This document shows positions 26,901 to 36,470 of a DNA stretch of 64,000 nucleotides, one piece after another. This DNA comes from a virus. Taxonomy: Duplodnaviria; Caudoviricetes. The stretch is taken from the IMG/VR virus record IMGVR_UViG_2840500688_000001, positions 6,810-70,809 of that record; one strand, 5' to 3'. The stretch's first letter is position 1. Every line of letters begins with the position of its first letter. The position numbers were made by a program, and so were the translations under genes. Under the pieces are notes generated by a model that had not been told where the DNA came from, did no database searches, and worked only from the letters and a program-made list of their open reading frames with translations.

Positions 26901-27256
26901 ATGGGAAAACGTCAGAGTTTATTATACAAGCGAATAAATTTGCCATAGTAAATCCAACGAATGGGACATCTAAAATGCCATTTGTTTTATGGGAAAACAA
27001 GTTAGCCCTAGATGGTGACTTAATTGCAAGCGGAACAATTAAAGGTGAGTCACTGGTTGCAGGTGCAAAATTGAAAGCGCCTGTGATAGAAGGAGGGACA
27101 TTAAACATTAATAAAAAATTCATAGTATCTAGTGATGGAAATGTCACGATTAGTAGTAATCCAAATCAAAATGTTGGTTTAAGAATTACGAGTGATCATA
27201 TTCTTGTATACGATGATAATGGTATTGAAAGAATTAGAATTGGAAAATTAAATTAA
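23939..27256 (+). CDS. Central tail fibre / host specificity protein (TipJ-like)
   Basis: 'MGGKSGGG', 'DLISSGEI.G', 'AYTNNPAWILYD', 'EPRFVCN', FN3-like repeats. Confidence 0.93.
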   Translation: MGGKSGGGSRSPRIDKNTLNSAQKLKIIDLISSGEISGFIHGNDYPLKSVYLNDTPVQNSDGSMNHAGVQFEFNKGTLEQDYLPSAASVDNSVSVGVEVEKKNPITRTITNQQITSVRVTVGVDSLMRSTREGDQLATSVDMSIQIVKNGQVHASQHMHLNEKGNQPFRVDYVFSDLPAAPFDIKCIRLTADSNDDMLRNKTYFFSYVESIDSKLRMPGSAVAMLQIDSQQFGSSNPTRNYGVKGCIVQVPSNYDPINRTYSGLWDRLFKPAYTNNPAWILYDILTNHECFGDKFKDYRIDIDRLYELSKYCDVLVDDGNGGKEPRFVCNMVLFGSDASTVLDNICSVFRGTYSNANNHFTVQFDQKSDPVAVYNNSSVENGEFNYSYVPSTELFNQIKVEYIDKEDGYRTKIDEVSDEANIAKYGLKSTSITAFGCTKRSYALRCAKWNLVTALTENETVTFIVGAAGIRHEQHDIIKIADNDYAGAQIGGRIESVNGNTITVDRELKNVKEFMINVEGAVKTFKVMKVIDAKTYQLDGAVNSVDYVQFVATLDNVEPRLFRCIHIEEDSDVNKYTITAIKHNPHKEAIVDKGAAYIEGKYSVLNALPQLSNGVVNTNGRALILRWDSLETTGSVNKYIVHIYKGVELIQRLETKETSIKLVGLPQGNYTARIRAINEMGQHSEELHISFSTTYEITGLRHIPIVFGLNLYWEVPSLLTTEAYTEIWWSQSEDRSKATLAAKMPYPQNTYTVSNLGIKDGRYFWFRLVDLDGNQGEFTRAFYAESSNDSTSIIEMIRGKITIKELSDDVATHIIEDVLKEARQDMQTLIDQSTVIKAVQKKADQALVEAKLLEFSKATESQAVLAETAINRSIVEANQAEINTFKKTTTDQLSAQSLIIESLKSEVDNSIKASIDEIQKTSTTQLEAQAESIKTLKTEIDQNINASIENVEQTIAYVDGKVKSQYTLRTVTMSGGKKVISGFTSLNDGKTSEFIIQANKFAIVNPTNGTSKMPFVLWENKLALDGDLIASGTIKGESLVAGAKLKAPVIEGGTLNINKKFIVSSDGNVTISSNPNQNVGLRITSDHILVYDDNGIERIRIGKLN

Positions 27257-27270
27257 TAAAATGATTAAGA

Positions 27271-27546
27271 TTGGTGGATAACATGTTTGATATTCAAATA
27301 AAAAATAAGAGTGGCCAAGTCATTAATAAAATTGGTGATGTTGTTACTTTTAATAAAGCAATTGAACTTAAAAAAGGTCAAAGCATAGGTATAGATATTA
27401 GCGTTGAAAAGGGGGAGTTTGTCTTTACTTCAGTGAGAGACGTTGGCGCATCAGACTTTTGGAAGGAGCGAGTGTCCGTTAATGGTAGCCTTGTAACAAT
27501 TACAGCTGTTTCCGATCATTTAACTGTAATGAAGGGGAGTTTCTAA
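27271..27546 (+). CDS. Hypothetical tail-tip accessory protein
   Basis: ORF directly after J. Confidence 0.55.
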   Translation: MVDNMFDIQIKNKSGQVINKIGDVVTFNKAIELKKGQSIGIDISVEKGEFVFTSVRDVGASDFWKERVSVNGSLVTITAVSDHLTVMKGSF

Positions 27547-28223
27547 TGTATGGCGTTCAATTTAGTAGAGAGAATGGATTAAGAACATTAAATGATGGGG
27601 GTGTGGTTTTTGAATATTATAAAGTGCCTTTAAAGTACACATGGACTAGGTTTGGTACGAATGCTCCAGGTATGCATCAGTCCGTGTCGACGGAGTATCA
27701 TATCCCAAGGGCCATATTGAAAAACTCAGTGGTTGCAATTGAAGAAGGCAGCATCATGTCATGGAATCACAAAGATTCTAATATTAGCTTATTGCGCATA
27801 GCAACTTTAGATATGTCTAAGCCTGCAAAAGCTCATCTTTTTAAACCATACGACGGTAGTGCGAATAAAGATTTATATGGCGTCAATATTTACAATTCGC
27901 AACAAAAATTGATTTATAACTCGTCGTTAAAGACAGCTAAAGTAATCGGTTACATCAGCAAGTTTAATCCGAAACCTGTGTGGTATAGATCAATTGGTCA
28001 AGTGACAAAGTTAGCTTTTGTGCAAGTTGGAAACGATTTATCTCTTAGACATGTTGCAGGAGCTTTTGAGTATAGTAAGGCATCCGTTATAGAGTGCGTA
28101 GGGACTCATGTATCTGTTAGACCCAATGTATTTTTAGCACCACCTAACTGGAATGAAGCCAACAACTATTGGCGCTCTAATTATGATATTTTATGGTTTA
28201 TCTTAGATATTAGTGATTTATGA
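27546..28223 (+). CDS. Hypothetical tail-tip accessory protein
   Basis: 'MYGV', 'YGVNIYNS...LIYNS' pattern common after J. Confidence 0.6.
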   Translation: MYGVQFSRENGLRTLNDGGVVFEYYKVPLKYTWTRFGTNAPGMHQSVSTEYHIPRAILKNSVVAIEEGSIMSWNHKDSNISLLRIATLDMSKPAKAHLFKPYDGSANKDLYGVNIYNSQQKLIYNSSLKTAKVIGYISKFNPKPVWYRSIGQVTKLAFVQVGNDLSLRHVAGAFEYSKASVIECVGTHVSVRPNVFLAPPNWNEANNYWRSNYDILWFILDISDL

Positions 28224-28233
28224 GGTTTGAAGT

Positions 28234-29013
28234 ATGCAAACGGGTATTCTTAAAATTACTAAAAATAATCAAAAGGGCTCACAAATTGTTGAGCCCTTAA
28301 TTAATACGTTTCTTTATTTTTCGCAAGATGGCATCAGAAAGGTGACGACTAAAACTAATGCTCAAGGGCAATATTCTTTTGAGTTACCCATTGGATCTTA
28401 TCAGGTTAGTGTCAGCACTGGTGCTGACGGAAATGTTTTTCCATTACTAGGAGGGCGATTATTTGAGATGAAACAAGATAGTCCTACTAATACATTTGAA
28501 GAATGGCTTTATAATAAGCCCACTACTCTTAATAGCGATCTTTCAAATATCTTTCAAAACATTGAATCTAACTTACAATCTATGATTGAGGATGCTAGAT
28601 CTAAGGGCCAAGCTATTTTGGCATCATGTAAAGAGATTGAAAGAAATATTAGTGCTAAGTTAGATATCGAGGCCAGTAATAATATTAATGCAGATTACAC
28701 ATTAGTTGATTTTGGCACGATGATGCGTAATGAACGTAAAGTTCTACCTAACCCATTTGGTGATAACGTCCCTGTTTTAACTGTAGTGGAAATCTACTCT
28801 GAGAAGCTTGATAAGTGGGGGAGAACGGGGGAAAGTACGAGTGGTGCTTTTGTTACAGGCGGTATGATTTTAGGTGAAGGGATTTACGTTCAGGCAGGTC
28901 ATAGTACTATAGGTATGAACAATCCTGCCGTATCCGGCGGTGCTTTTACACCTGATAACCTAGCTATGGCTCCAGTGCGTATGCATGTATGGAAAATAGG
29001 GGGTTCTAAATGA
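28234..29013 (+). CDS. Side tail fibre-like protein
   Basis: N-terminal 'T.A.GQYSFELPIG.YQV' (Stf N-terminal-like), coiled coil, C-terminal beta domain. Confidence 0.7.
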   Translation: MQTGILKITKNNQKGSQIVEPLINTFLYFSQDGIRKVTTKTNAQGQYSFELPIGSYQVSVSTGADGNVFPLLGGRLFEMKQDSPTNTFEEWLYNKPTTLNSDLSNIFQNIESNLQSMIEDARSKGQAILASCKEIERNISAKLDIEASNNINADYTLVDFGTMMRNERKVLPNPFGDNVPVLTVVEIYSEKLDKWGRTGESTSGAFVTGGMILGEGIYVQAGHSTIGMNNPAVSGGAFTPDNLAMAPVRMHVWKIGGSK

Positions 29014-29363
29014 TTATTTATGTCAATAAGGCTGATATGAGGTCATATTCTTATACGCCTGATGTTGTATGGGAAACAATAGCAGTTGAAGTGCCAAATA
29101 GCTTTGTGGGCGGTGCTAAAACTTATGATCTTTCCACTAACACATGGGTTGATGATCCTGCAATACCATTGCCGACTAAAGAAGAATTAAAGGCATATGA
29201 AAAAGAACAAATGCTACATGATTTGCAGGTAAAACATCATGAATTACAAACGACAATGAATATGCATTTACTTTTAGACGAGCAGATTGAAGCTGCTGAG
29301 ATTGCGAGACAACTCAAATCTGTGAAATTACAGATTAAAACATTACAAGATGAAAATCTTTAA
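29010..29363 (+). CDS. Tail fibre assembly-like protein
   Basis: Follows the fibre; 'YDL...TWVDD'; C-terminal motif shared with 42362-42844. Confidence 0.6.
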   Translation: MIIYVNKADMRSYSYTPDVVWETIAVEVPNSFVGGAKTYDLSTNTWVDDPAIPLPTKEELKAYEKEQMLHDLQVKHHELQTTMNMHLLLDEQIEAAEIARQLKSVKLQIKTLQDENL

Positions 29364-29536
29364 ATGCTTTTGATGATATATATGCATTAAAAATTTTTAA
29401 TATTATGTTTCGATTAATTCATTGAATTTTAATGCAATTTTTACATAAAAATATAGAAGTAAATTATGAAGTAAAATTGAGTTTTATTGTTATATTTTTT
29501 ATTATATATCATGTTCTTATATTGTATGTATTGACG

Positions 29537-29613
29537 CCGCCGCCTCCACCAAATGTATAGTAAAAAGATAAGCCATTTCAATAACTTGAAGTGGCTTTTT
29601 TGTTTTCTGTCCC
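29537..29613 (+). repeat. ssrA: att site (left copy): tmRNA/ssrA 3'-end fragment plus terminator
   Basis: CCGCCGCCTCCACCAAAT then ~59 bp nearly identical to 61051-61127; contains hairpin AGCCATTTCAA-TAAC-TTGAAGTGGCT plus T tract. ssrA assignment from recalled 3'-end consensus. Confidence 0.8.
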
Positions 29614-30039
29614 CTTTTTTGTCCACCAAACTGATTAATAAAAAAGCACTGTATTGAAAGTGATCAATTCATACGACATATGGTTTGTATGAATATTGCT
29701 CATTTAATTTTGCCAAATAATGTAATTAAACAATGATTACTATTTAAAGTTGGTGCGGGATGAGGTTTAGTTTCTTATTTTAAGAAATGCCCCCGAAAAA
29801 TCCACACCTCACCACGGCGGGCTTTATGCAAAAAAGGCGTTTTTTTGCGGCCAAAATTATGGCGTAGGCGCGTAGAAGGGGACGATGGTGTGAAGTATTA
29901 CCAAAGGATTGCGCTTGATCACATCAATGATAAGCAACCAAATTGGGATTCTGATTTATTTCGAATATTTATATTACTTTTTTCTTTAAATTTTCCGCCC
30001 TTAAATATAGAGTTTTTAAAACTTGTGGGTATGTTTTAA

Positions 30040-30330
30040 AAATAGTAATTTCAGTAACATTTTTTTATAACTCTTCCAAATGCATTGCAATCAGTAGCTT
30101 TTGAGAGTTTCCAAAATGTAACATTTAAGTAACTTTTCTGTAATCAATATTACAAATAAGATGTAACATTTTTAATAAAAATAATCATTTAAATTCAATT
30201 AGATATAGATTTTTGTAATCTGAGGTTACTAAAAAATACTAAAATGTTACATTTTTAAAATCTCTTGAAATGCAGCAATACCAATGCTTTTGGTGAATAT
30301 TACAAAATCAGGTTACTGATGTTACTCTTT
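30040..30330. repeat. Converging GTAAC/GTTAC repeat array around an AT-rich core (putative origin)
   Basis: GTAAC at 30054, 30118, 30129 and 30163; GTTAC at 30225, 30246, 30312 and 30321; AT-rich centre ~30170-30215. Confidence 0.55.
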
Positions 30331-30343
30331 TGAGAAACACTCC

Positions 30344-31309
30344 CTAGCTTTCTTCTAAGTCGTATTTGTCAAAATCAAATATCTTTTGGCCAAGTCGATG
30401 ATTCACTGAGTAGAATTTTCGGATCATTGGATACAGCTCATTTTTGTAAAAGACTTTCGCAAATGGTGCAGGATTACCAAATCCGCCAGCATTTGTTGCT
30501 TGAATACTCATGAGCACCAATGGCACACGATGAACGGTGGCAATGTCATCACGTGATACATCTTTGATATTGACGAACTCATCTTTGGCAGCAATCTGGC
30601 TAATGGGAATCAGCTGCACAGAATCTTTATCCCCTTTGGGCAAATGAACGAGCAGGTTATTAAAGTTACCTGACTGCTTTGTTTTTTTGAGTGTCTCTTC
30701 AATGGTTTTCATGCCCTTATCTGAAACATGTCCATTGATGGCGAGTATAAAGCCTGCATGCGATCCATTTTTGTAATATTTATAACGGAATAGGGTGCCT
30801 GCATGGTTTAATGCAATACTGAGCATGGCACTCAAATATGGTGGGATTCCATACACGTTTTGGTTCACATCATAAGCTTTGACATGAATCAGGTTGTTCT
30901 TTTTGATTTTCTCACCAAAGTTTTTGAGAAAGTAATAATTGCCATCTGTGCCAACGCGGGTATATTTGGCCATCACATGGCGATAGCGAATTGTATTGCC
31001 CACCAATGATTTAACAGGCTCAAGATAAGCATTGCCAAAAATCAGATAATCAGCAATGAAGGCTTCACACGATTCATAATCTAAAAAATGAGTATCTTTA
31101 AAAATAGAACTGAGGATGTTTTTTTTACAATCTAAAGCGGATTCATGATGGGTATTCAAACGAGGCAATTTGGTTAATGTGTCGTATGAAATGGGTGGAG
31201 CATAGTAACCATCAATGGTTTGGCAAGATAACATATCAATGAAATCGTGTGGACTGAAGATCTCGGGTTCACCCATGTTAAATGTTACTACATCATTATT
31301 CATAATCAT
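30344..31309 (-). CDS. Portal protein (P2 Q / PBSX family)
   Basis: 'YYAPPIS', 'FGNAYLE', 'YGIPPYL', 'KNGSHAGFIL', 'DIATVHRVP'. Confidence 0.93.
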   Translation of the reverse strand: MIMNNDVVTFNMGEPEIFSPHDFIDMLSCQTIDGYYAPPISYDTLTKLPRLNTHHESALDCKKNILSSIFKDTHFLDYESCEAFIADYLIFGNAYLEPVKSLVGNTIRYRHVMAKYTRVGTDGNYYFLKNFGEKIKKNNLIHVKAYDVNQNVYGIPPYLSAMLSIALNHAGTLFRYKYYKNGSHAGFILAINGHVSDKGMKTIEETLKKTKQSGNFNNLLVHLPKGDKDSVQLIPISQIAAKDEFVNIKDVSRDDIATVHRVPLVLMSIQATNAGGFGNPAPFAKVFYKNELYPMIRKFYSVNHRLGQKIFDFDKYDLEES

Positions 31310-31314
31310 TCTCT

Positions 31315-33057
31315 CTATAAAACTACAATATGTTCATGTTCAGTATCGACCGTTGTGCCATCGAATCGTTCATAGCCCAGCGCGTACATCGTTGCCCAAC
31401 TTAAATCCGCATGCCCATGTTCTTCATCTCTCACGGATTGGAACGTGGCATATTGCTGTGATTTGGTCATGGCATTTTTGATGTTTAAAAAACTGGATAA
31501 AAGATCCTGCCAACCTGCATCAAATTCTATTTTGCGCTCACGAAATAGGGTTTTGGCTTGTAGGACAAATAAGGTTTTTAAGGATAAATCGCTTTGGTAA
31601 CGCGTTAAGTTTGGATAGAAGTTTTCCACACGTTCAGCGATCACCAATCCCATGTTTCTAGTATCAATGCCAAGATGCACGACGTTGTAGCGATCTGTGA
31701 TTTCTTTGAGATAGCGCTCTTGATTGTCAAAGGAGACATCCTGCCAAAAGTGTTTTTCTAAAATGCGATATGGCTCATTTTTATTGGATGGAATGGCAAC
31801 CACAACACACGCAGCACCATCATTGGTGCGGGCAGGGTCATAGCCCACAGCTACTTTTTTACGGCCAAATGGTTTATGAGGTTTGGTTAAGGGTTCAAAG
31901 TCTGTCCATTTCTCCCATGAATCCACCATGCATGCGCTTAAATCATTAAAATTAAATGCGCTTTCCATGTCATCAAAGAATTCAAACTCAAACAGCTTTG
32001 AGAATTGATCTGGCGTATAACGCAGACGCAAACTATCTAAATCCACTAAATCAAAACCGCCTGCAATCGCATCATGAATGGTGATGATCTTACGGAATTT
32101 ACCATCTTCACACAGCCGCCCATTTTTAAGTGAGGCATGATCGACCTTAAAGGGTTTATTCTTTTTGTTTGAATGGTATTCAGCAGCCGTCCAAAATTTA
32201 TAGGCAGGGTGCTTTTTGCTAGAAGGCGTGGATAAATAATTAATGATAAAATTTTTATGTGTCGCACATGCGGTCACAACGGTTTGCAACTCTTCAAAGC
32301 GAGGCATCCAAAAGAATTCATCACAGGTCACATCACCTGTATAACCTTGGGCAGTGTATGGATTGGCACCTAAAAAATAAAAGTTCAGATCATCTTTAAA
32401 TTTAATGGCATCCCCGCCTGATAATTCAACCCCCGTCAGATTTTTAACAAAGGCCAACATGTAGCGTTTGGCTTGGAACGCCTGATTTTTACTGGCTGAA
32501 ATGTAAATCTGATTATGTTTGAGATTCACCAAACGGCGCAGGGCATAATAAGATAGAAAATAGGTAAAGCCAGCCTGTCGAGTTTTACCAAAAATGAATT
32601 CAGCCGAACTCTTTTTACTGTTTTTATATTTTTCAATGTCTTGAATGATCTGCGTTTGGAAGGGGAATAGATCCTTTAATCCCTCATTGATTTGGGATTG
32701 GAATTTTTCCCAATCGAATTGATCGCTATTGATTTGCGCACTGCGTTTTTTGCGTTGTGGCTTGGGTGAGTAGATGTTTTTCATTTGTACACCAAGCTCT
32801 TTAAACTCACGCAATTCATTTTCTGTTTTGGTGTTTTTCATCAGTAAACGAATGTATTTGAGCTGAAAAGCATCTTGGCAACGTGTGAAAAAATCCGCCT
32901 CATCCCATTTATCATTTTTGCGCCAATCGTAAATGGTGCTCTCTGGCGTGCCAATCATTTTGGAAATTTCAGATACGCGAAAGCCCGCGAAATAAAAGAG
33001 CCTTGAAAGTTCGCGTGGTTGGGTGTTTTCTGGTGTGATGAGCAATTCATTATTCAT
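31315..33057 (-). CDS. Terminase ATPase subunit (P2 P)
   Basis: 'KTRQAGFT', 'YISAS..QA', 'DEFFW', 'GYDPAR', 'HADLSWA'; ORF starts 33150, likely start 33057. Confidence 0.93.
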   Translation of the reverse strand: MNNELLITPENTQPRELSRLFYFAGFRVSEISKMIGTPESTIYDWRKNDKWDEADFFTRCQDAFQLKYIRLLMKNTKTENELREFKELGVQMKNIYSPKPQRKKRSAQINSDQFDWEKFQSQINEGLKDLFPFQTQIIQDIEKYKNSKKSSAEFIFGKTRQAGFTYFLSYYALRRLVNLKHNQIYISASKNQAFQAKRYMLAFVKNLTGVELSGGDAIKFKDDLNFYFLGANPYTAQGYTGDVTCDEFFWMPRFEELQTVVTACATHKNFIINYLSTPSSKKHPAYKFWTAAEYHSNKKNKPFKVDHASLKNGRLCEDGKFRKIITIHDAIAGGFDLVDLDSLRLRYTPDQFSKLFEFEFFDDMESAFNFNDLSACMVDSWEKWTDFEPLTKPHKPFGRKKVAVGYDPARTNDGAACVVVAIPSNKNEPYRILEKHFWQDVSFDNQERYLKEITDRYNVVHLGIDTRNMGLVIAERVENFYPNLTRYQSDLSLKTLFVLQAKTLFRERKIEFDAGWQDLLSSFLNIKNAMTKSQQYATFQSVRDEEHGHADLSWATMYALGYERFDGTTVDTEHEHIVVL

Positions 33058-33195
33058 GTGCTCATTCTCTATGGTTACGCGTAAAAAATAATCTCGTTTG
33101 AGTTTGCAACCCTTGGGGGCAAACTGTAATGACGTGCGTTCTGTTGCCATTAACGTAAAAATTGAATCCTCTTTTGTACGATTAGGATTCTATTC

Positions 33196-34017
33196 ATGAA
33201 TAAAAAAACGAAATGGACACGGGTTGCGGTCAGTGGTCCCACCATTGATGGGCGAGAAATCACCCCACAACAAATCAATGAAATGGCCGCGTCATATAAT
33301 CCTGCGGTTTATCAAGCAAACATTTGGATGGAACACATCCGCAGCTCATACCCTGACAGCACATTTGGCAATTATGGCCATGTCTTGGCATTAAAAGCGG
33401 AAGATTATGCAATCAATGGCACCACGCAGCGTGCGTTATATGCAGAAATGGAAGTGACGCCAGCCCTTGTTGAGTGGAATGCCAAAAATCAAAAGAAAGG
33501 CTTTTCCATTGAAATTGCACCAAACTTTGCCAAAACCAATCAAGCATATCTTTCAGGTTTGGGTGTGACCGACTCACCTGCCAGCCTTGGCACTGAAGCT
33601 TTGCAATTTAACATTCAAGTGCGTCATAAGCCTGAGCACATTTTTTCAACTGCATTGGAATTTACGGGTATTGATTTTGTAGAAGATGACGATGTGGATG
33701 CCAATGAAAAAGGTTTATTTAAAAGCTTATTTGCGGGTCTGTTTGCCGCACAACGTGAACAAAATGAACCGCCAAAACCTGCCCCAAAATTAGCAGAGTC
33801 AAACTTCTCACTTGAGTCATTAGAACGCGTTTTAACCCAATTTGCATCCAAGCAAGATGACGTGGTTACAGAGCTCAAACAGCAAAACAAAGCGCTTTCA
33901 GACTCATTTACTGAACTTAAAACAGAGTTTGAATCATTAAAGAATACGCCAGAACCCAGTGCAAAACAGGAATTTGTCGCGGGCAATGGTGCCAATGAAT
34001 ATTTAGCAGATGTCTAA
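33196..34017 (+). CDS. Capsid scaffolding protein (P2 O)
   Basis: 'GPTIDGREI', 'YLSGLGVTDSPASLGTE'. Confidence 0.93.
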   Translation: MNKKTKWTRVAVSGPTIDGREITPQQINEMAASYNPAVYQANIWMEHIRSSYPDSTFGNYGHVLALKAEDYAINGTTQRALYAEMEVTPALVEWNAKNQKKGFSIEIAPNFAKTNQAYLSGLGVTDSPASLGTEALQFNIQVRHKPEHIFSTALEFTGIDFVEDDDVDANEKGLFKSLFAGLFAAQREQNEPPKPAPKLAESNFSLESLERVLTQFASKQDDVVTELKQQNKALSDSFTELKTEFESLKNTPEPSAKQEFVAGNGANEYLADV

Positions 34018-34026
34018 GGAAGAGTT

Positions 34027-35046
34027 ATGAGCGAAGTTTTATTACAAAACACATTAGAGTGTTTAACCAATTACACATCACGTCAGGCGGAATTGCATGG
34101 TGTGGATGTTAAAGCCATTGAAGCTGGCCAGAAGTTTACCATTAACCCGCAAACGGAATATGTGTGGGTGGAAAAGGTGGCTTCAGAAGGCATTTTAAGT
34201 GAAGTGGACATTGATCTTTGTACAGATATGATTGTCAATGATCTTGGTTTTGGTCCTTCACAGCTGGTGTCAGGGCGCACAAATACTGAAGATAAAGAGC
34301 GTGAAACAAGTGGCTTAGGTAAGCCGTCAGGCATTGTTTATACCGCTGTCAAAACAGATCATGACACGCATTTTACCTTTGCAGAATTGAACTCCTTTGC
34401 ACGCACCAAAGAGATGTTCCAAAAGCGTTTACAAGATCGACGTTTAGAAAGTAAACGTGAAGACATGGAGCGCATTGGTTGGAATGGTGAAAAAGTTGCA
34501 GAGAACACCGATAAAAAAACCTATCCATTAGGGCAGGATGTGAACATTGGTTGGCTGCAACGCATTCGCACACATAAACCAGAACATGCCATCACTGAGT
34601 TAAATGGTGAAGCCATTAAAGTGGGCAAAGGTCAATTGATTGAAAACTTGGATCAATTGGTGGTTCAAGCAATGAGTTTAATCCCTAAGCAATATCAAAA
34701 AGACCTGAAAGTTTATGTGTCCAGTGATTTATTGGTGGGTCGCCAAATGAAGTTGTTAGAGAAAGCGACCAACACTGAAACGGCACAGAAAATCACACAG
34801 GAAGCCTATTACGTCATTAATGGTTTGATTGCCAAATCCCCCGACTTTTTCCCCGATGGCACCATTTTAGTGACGCGTCCTAAGAACTTAGCCATTCGCA
34901 TTCAAAAAGGCTCTGTGCGCTCATCTTATGAGATGAATTCAAAGCGTGATCGTTATGAGAATTACAACACGCAAAATGAATTTTATGCATTGCACAATTA
35001 TGAACAAGCGGTGCTTGTTGAAAAAATCACCTTAGAAGATAAATAA
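34027..35046 (+). CDS. Major capsid protein (P2 N)
   Basis: 'FTINP', 'GRTNT', 'IGWNG', 'QDVNIGWLQ', 'FFPDGTILVT...NLAI'. Confidence 0.93.
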   Translation: MSEVLLQNTLECLTNYTSRQAELHGVDVKAIEAGQKFTINPQTEYVWVEKVASEGILSEVDIDLCTDMIVNDLGFGPSQLVSGRTNTEDKERETSGLGKPSGIVYTAVKTDHDTHFTFAELNSFARTKEMFQKRLQDRRLESKREDMERIGWNGEKVAENTDKKTYPLGQDVNIGWLQRIRTHKPEHAITELNGEAIKVGKGQLIENLDQLVVQAMSLIPKQYQKDLKVYVSSDLLVGRQMKLLEKATNTETAQKITQEAYYVINGLIAKSPDFFPDGTILVTRPKNLAIRIQKGSVRSSYEMNSKRDRYENYNTQNEFYALHNYEQAVLVEKITLEDK

Positions 35047-35055
35047 GGGGGATCT

Positions 35056-35715
35056 GTGTTTTATTTCAAACGAGAAAAAGAACGCAAGCTTGCAGAGTTG
35101 CAGGGCAATGCAGCCATTCCAAATGATATGGATCCTGAGCAGCAGAATTTATTGGTGCGCTTAAAGCATGACTTATCTAGCTTACGCAGCATTTTGAGCT
35201 ATGAAGAGAAAGAGCGCTTTAAAGCGGAACACCTTGAGGATTATCGCCATTGGGTGGAAGGCATTTTAGAGAATCCAAATGCACCTGAAGATAAGATCAC
35301 CTCTGAAATGTTCATCTGGGCAGTTGATGCGGGGGACATTGATTTTGCACTGCGCATTGCAACGTATTTGATGACAAACAATTACGATTTGCCACCGATC
35401 TTTAAGACCAATAAGGCAGGTGCCATCACGGAACAGATCACCAATCGGGCATTAAATCAAAAGCCAGATACAACGCTAGAACACTTATTGGCTTTGAATG
35501 ATCTGATGACGGATGAAGATATGTTGGATGCCATTCGTGCGAAGTTAAATCGTGCCATTGGTGAGTTATCAGAAGAAAGCAATCCACAGTTTGCTTTGGC
35601 AGTTTGGAAGCGTGCGCTTGAATTAGATCCTGATGTTGGGGTTAAAACACGCGCAAATAAGCTTGAAGCTGCTTTAAGCAAGCAAGAAGAGACATCAACC
35701 GACAAGGTTGAATAA
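35056..35715 (+). CDS. Terminase endonuclease subunit (P2 M)
   Basis: 'YRHWVEG', 'W.VDAGD...AL', 'RALELDPDVGVK'. Confidence 0.88.
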   Translation: MFYFKREKERKLAELQGNAAIPNDMDPEQQNLLVRLKHDLSSLRSILSYEEKERFKAEHLEDYRHWVEGILENPNAPEDKITSEMFIWAVDAGDIDFALRIATYLMTNNYDLPPIFKTNKAGAITEQITNRALNQKPDTTLEHLLALNDLMTDEDMLDAIRAKLNRAIGELSEESNPQFALAVWKRALELDPDVGVKTRANKLEAALSKQEETSTDKVE

Positions 35716-35808
35716 CGAGCGTCACCACGCGGGGGCTTATGTTGGGAAGCTGATCATTGATATGACACGCGAAGTACCAGCATACAGCCCCGTCATTGGA
35801 GGATTAGG

Positions 35809-36267
35809 ATGAGCTTCATTGGTCAAAATAGCAAAAATAGTGAACTGATGATCCCACGCTCTGGCTTTTGGCCAGGGATTAATGGTCAAAATTTTCGTAA
35901 TGCGATGCGTATTTTAGACTCTGTTAAAAATGAACAAGTGGAAATGGCATTGTTGTCCGCCCTTGATTTGGTCATTTCTGAATTACGCATCTTCAGAGCA
36001 AAGCATGCTGACTATTTGATGCTTGAAGAAGTCCCATGTGATGAATTAGCGGGTAAAAGCCGTTATGTATTTAACTTTGAACGTGCAGTATTTAGCGAAG
36101 GCAAGGCAAAGCTTTTAGAAGATTTTCGGGACATGGATTTGACGCGTAAATCAGGTGAAGACCGCGCAAGCCTCATTACGCCAGAAGTCGATGAATTACG
36201 CCGTGACCGATGGAATGCTGTGCGGACTTTTTATGATGAACCTGATGTGTTTGCGGTGTTGGTATGA
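35809..36267 (+). CDS. Head completion protein (P2 L)
   Basis: 'GFWP.I....FR..MRI'; position. Confidence 0.82.
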   Translation: MSFIGQNSKNSELMIPRSGFWPGINGQNFRNAMRILDSVKNEQVEMALLSALDLVISELRIFRAKHADYLMLEEVPCDELAGKSRYVFNFERAVFSEGKAKLLEDFRDMDLTRKSGEDRASLITPEVDELRRDRWNAVRTFYDEPDVFAVLV

Positions 36268-36470
36268 GAAAGATCATTGCAAATGGCCAACAAACCATAG
36301 ATGCAGCTTTATACGCGGCCAGTGTGCCAACGTCTCAATTTGATCAAGTGATCATGATGAAAGAGAACAGACATTTGGCAATGTTGCCAGCCATTTTACC
36401 TGCGCGCACGGTGATCTATTTGCCTGAGTACAAAGCGCCAGTCAAACAAACAATAAGTTTATGGGATTGA
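36264..36470 (+). CDS. Tail protein X-like
   Basis: 68 aa, 'N.HLA....ILP..T.I.LP', 'ISLWD'. Confidence 0.8.
   Translation: MRKIIANGQQTIDAALYAASVPTSQFDQVIMMKENRHLAMLPAILPARTVIYLPEYKAPVKQTISLWD

Larger units (their letters stand above)
1..29554 (+). mobile_element. Lambdoid (HK97-like head, lambda-like tail) prophage, right part; left end lies outside the window
   Basis: Co-directional order replication-Q-lysis-HNH-terminase-portal-protease-capsid-tail-tape measure-tail tip-fibre, ending just before an ssrA-3'-like att sequence at 29537. Confidence 0.95.

Noticed and set aside
29845-30039. 64-aa ORF between att and the portal
   Set aside because: TTG start without an SD, running through the putative cos/origin non-coding region; probably spurious.
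33057-33196. Ogr-type TGT-N12-ACA late promoter elements between P and O
   Set aside because: Only a partial match (TGT-N12-AAA) was found, which is insufficient to call.
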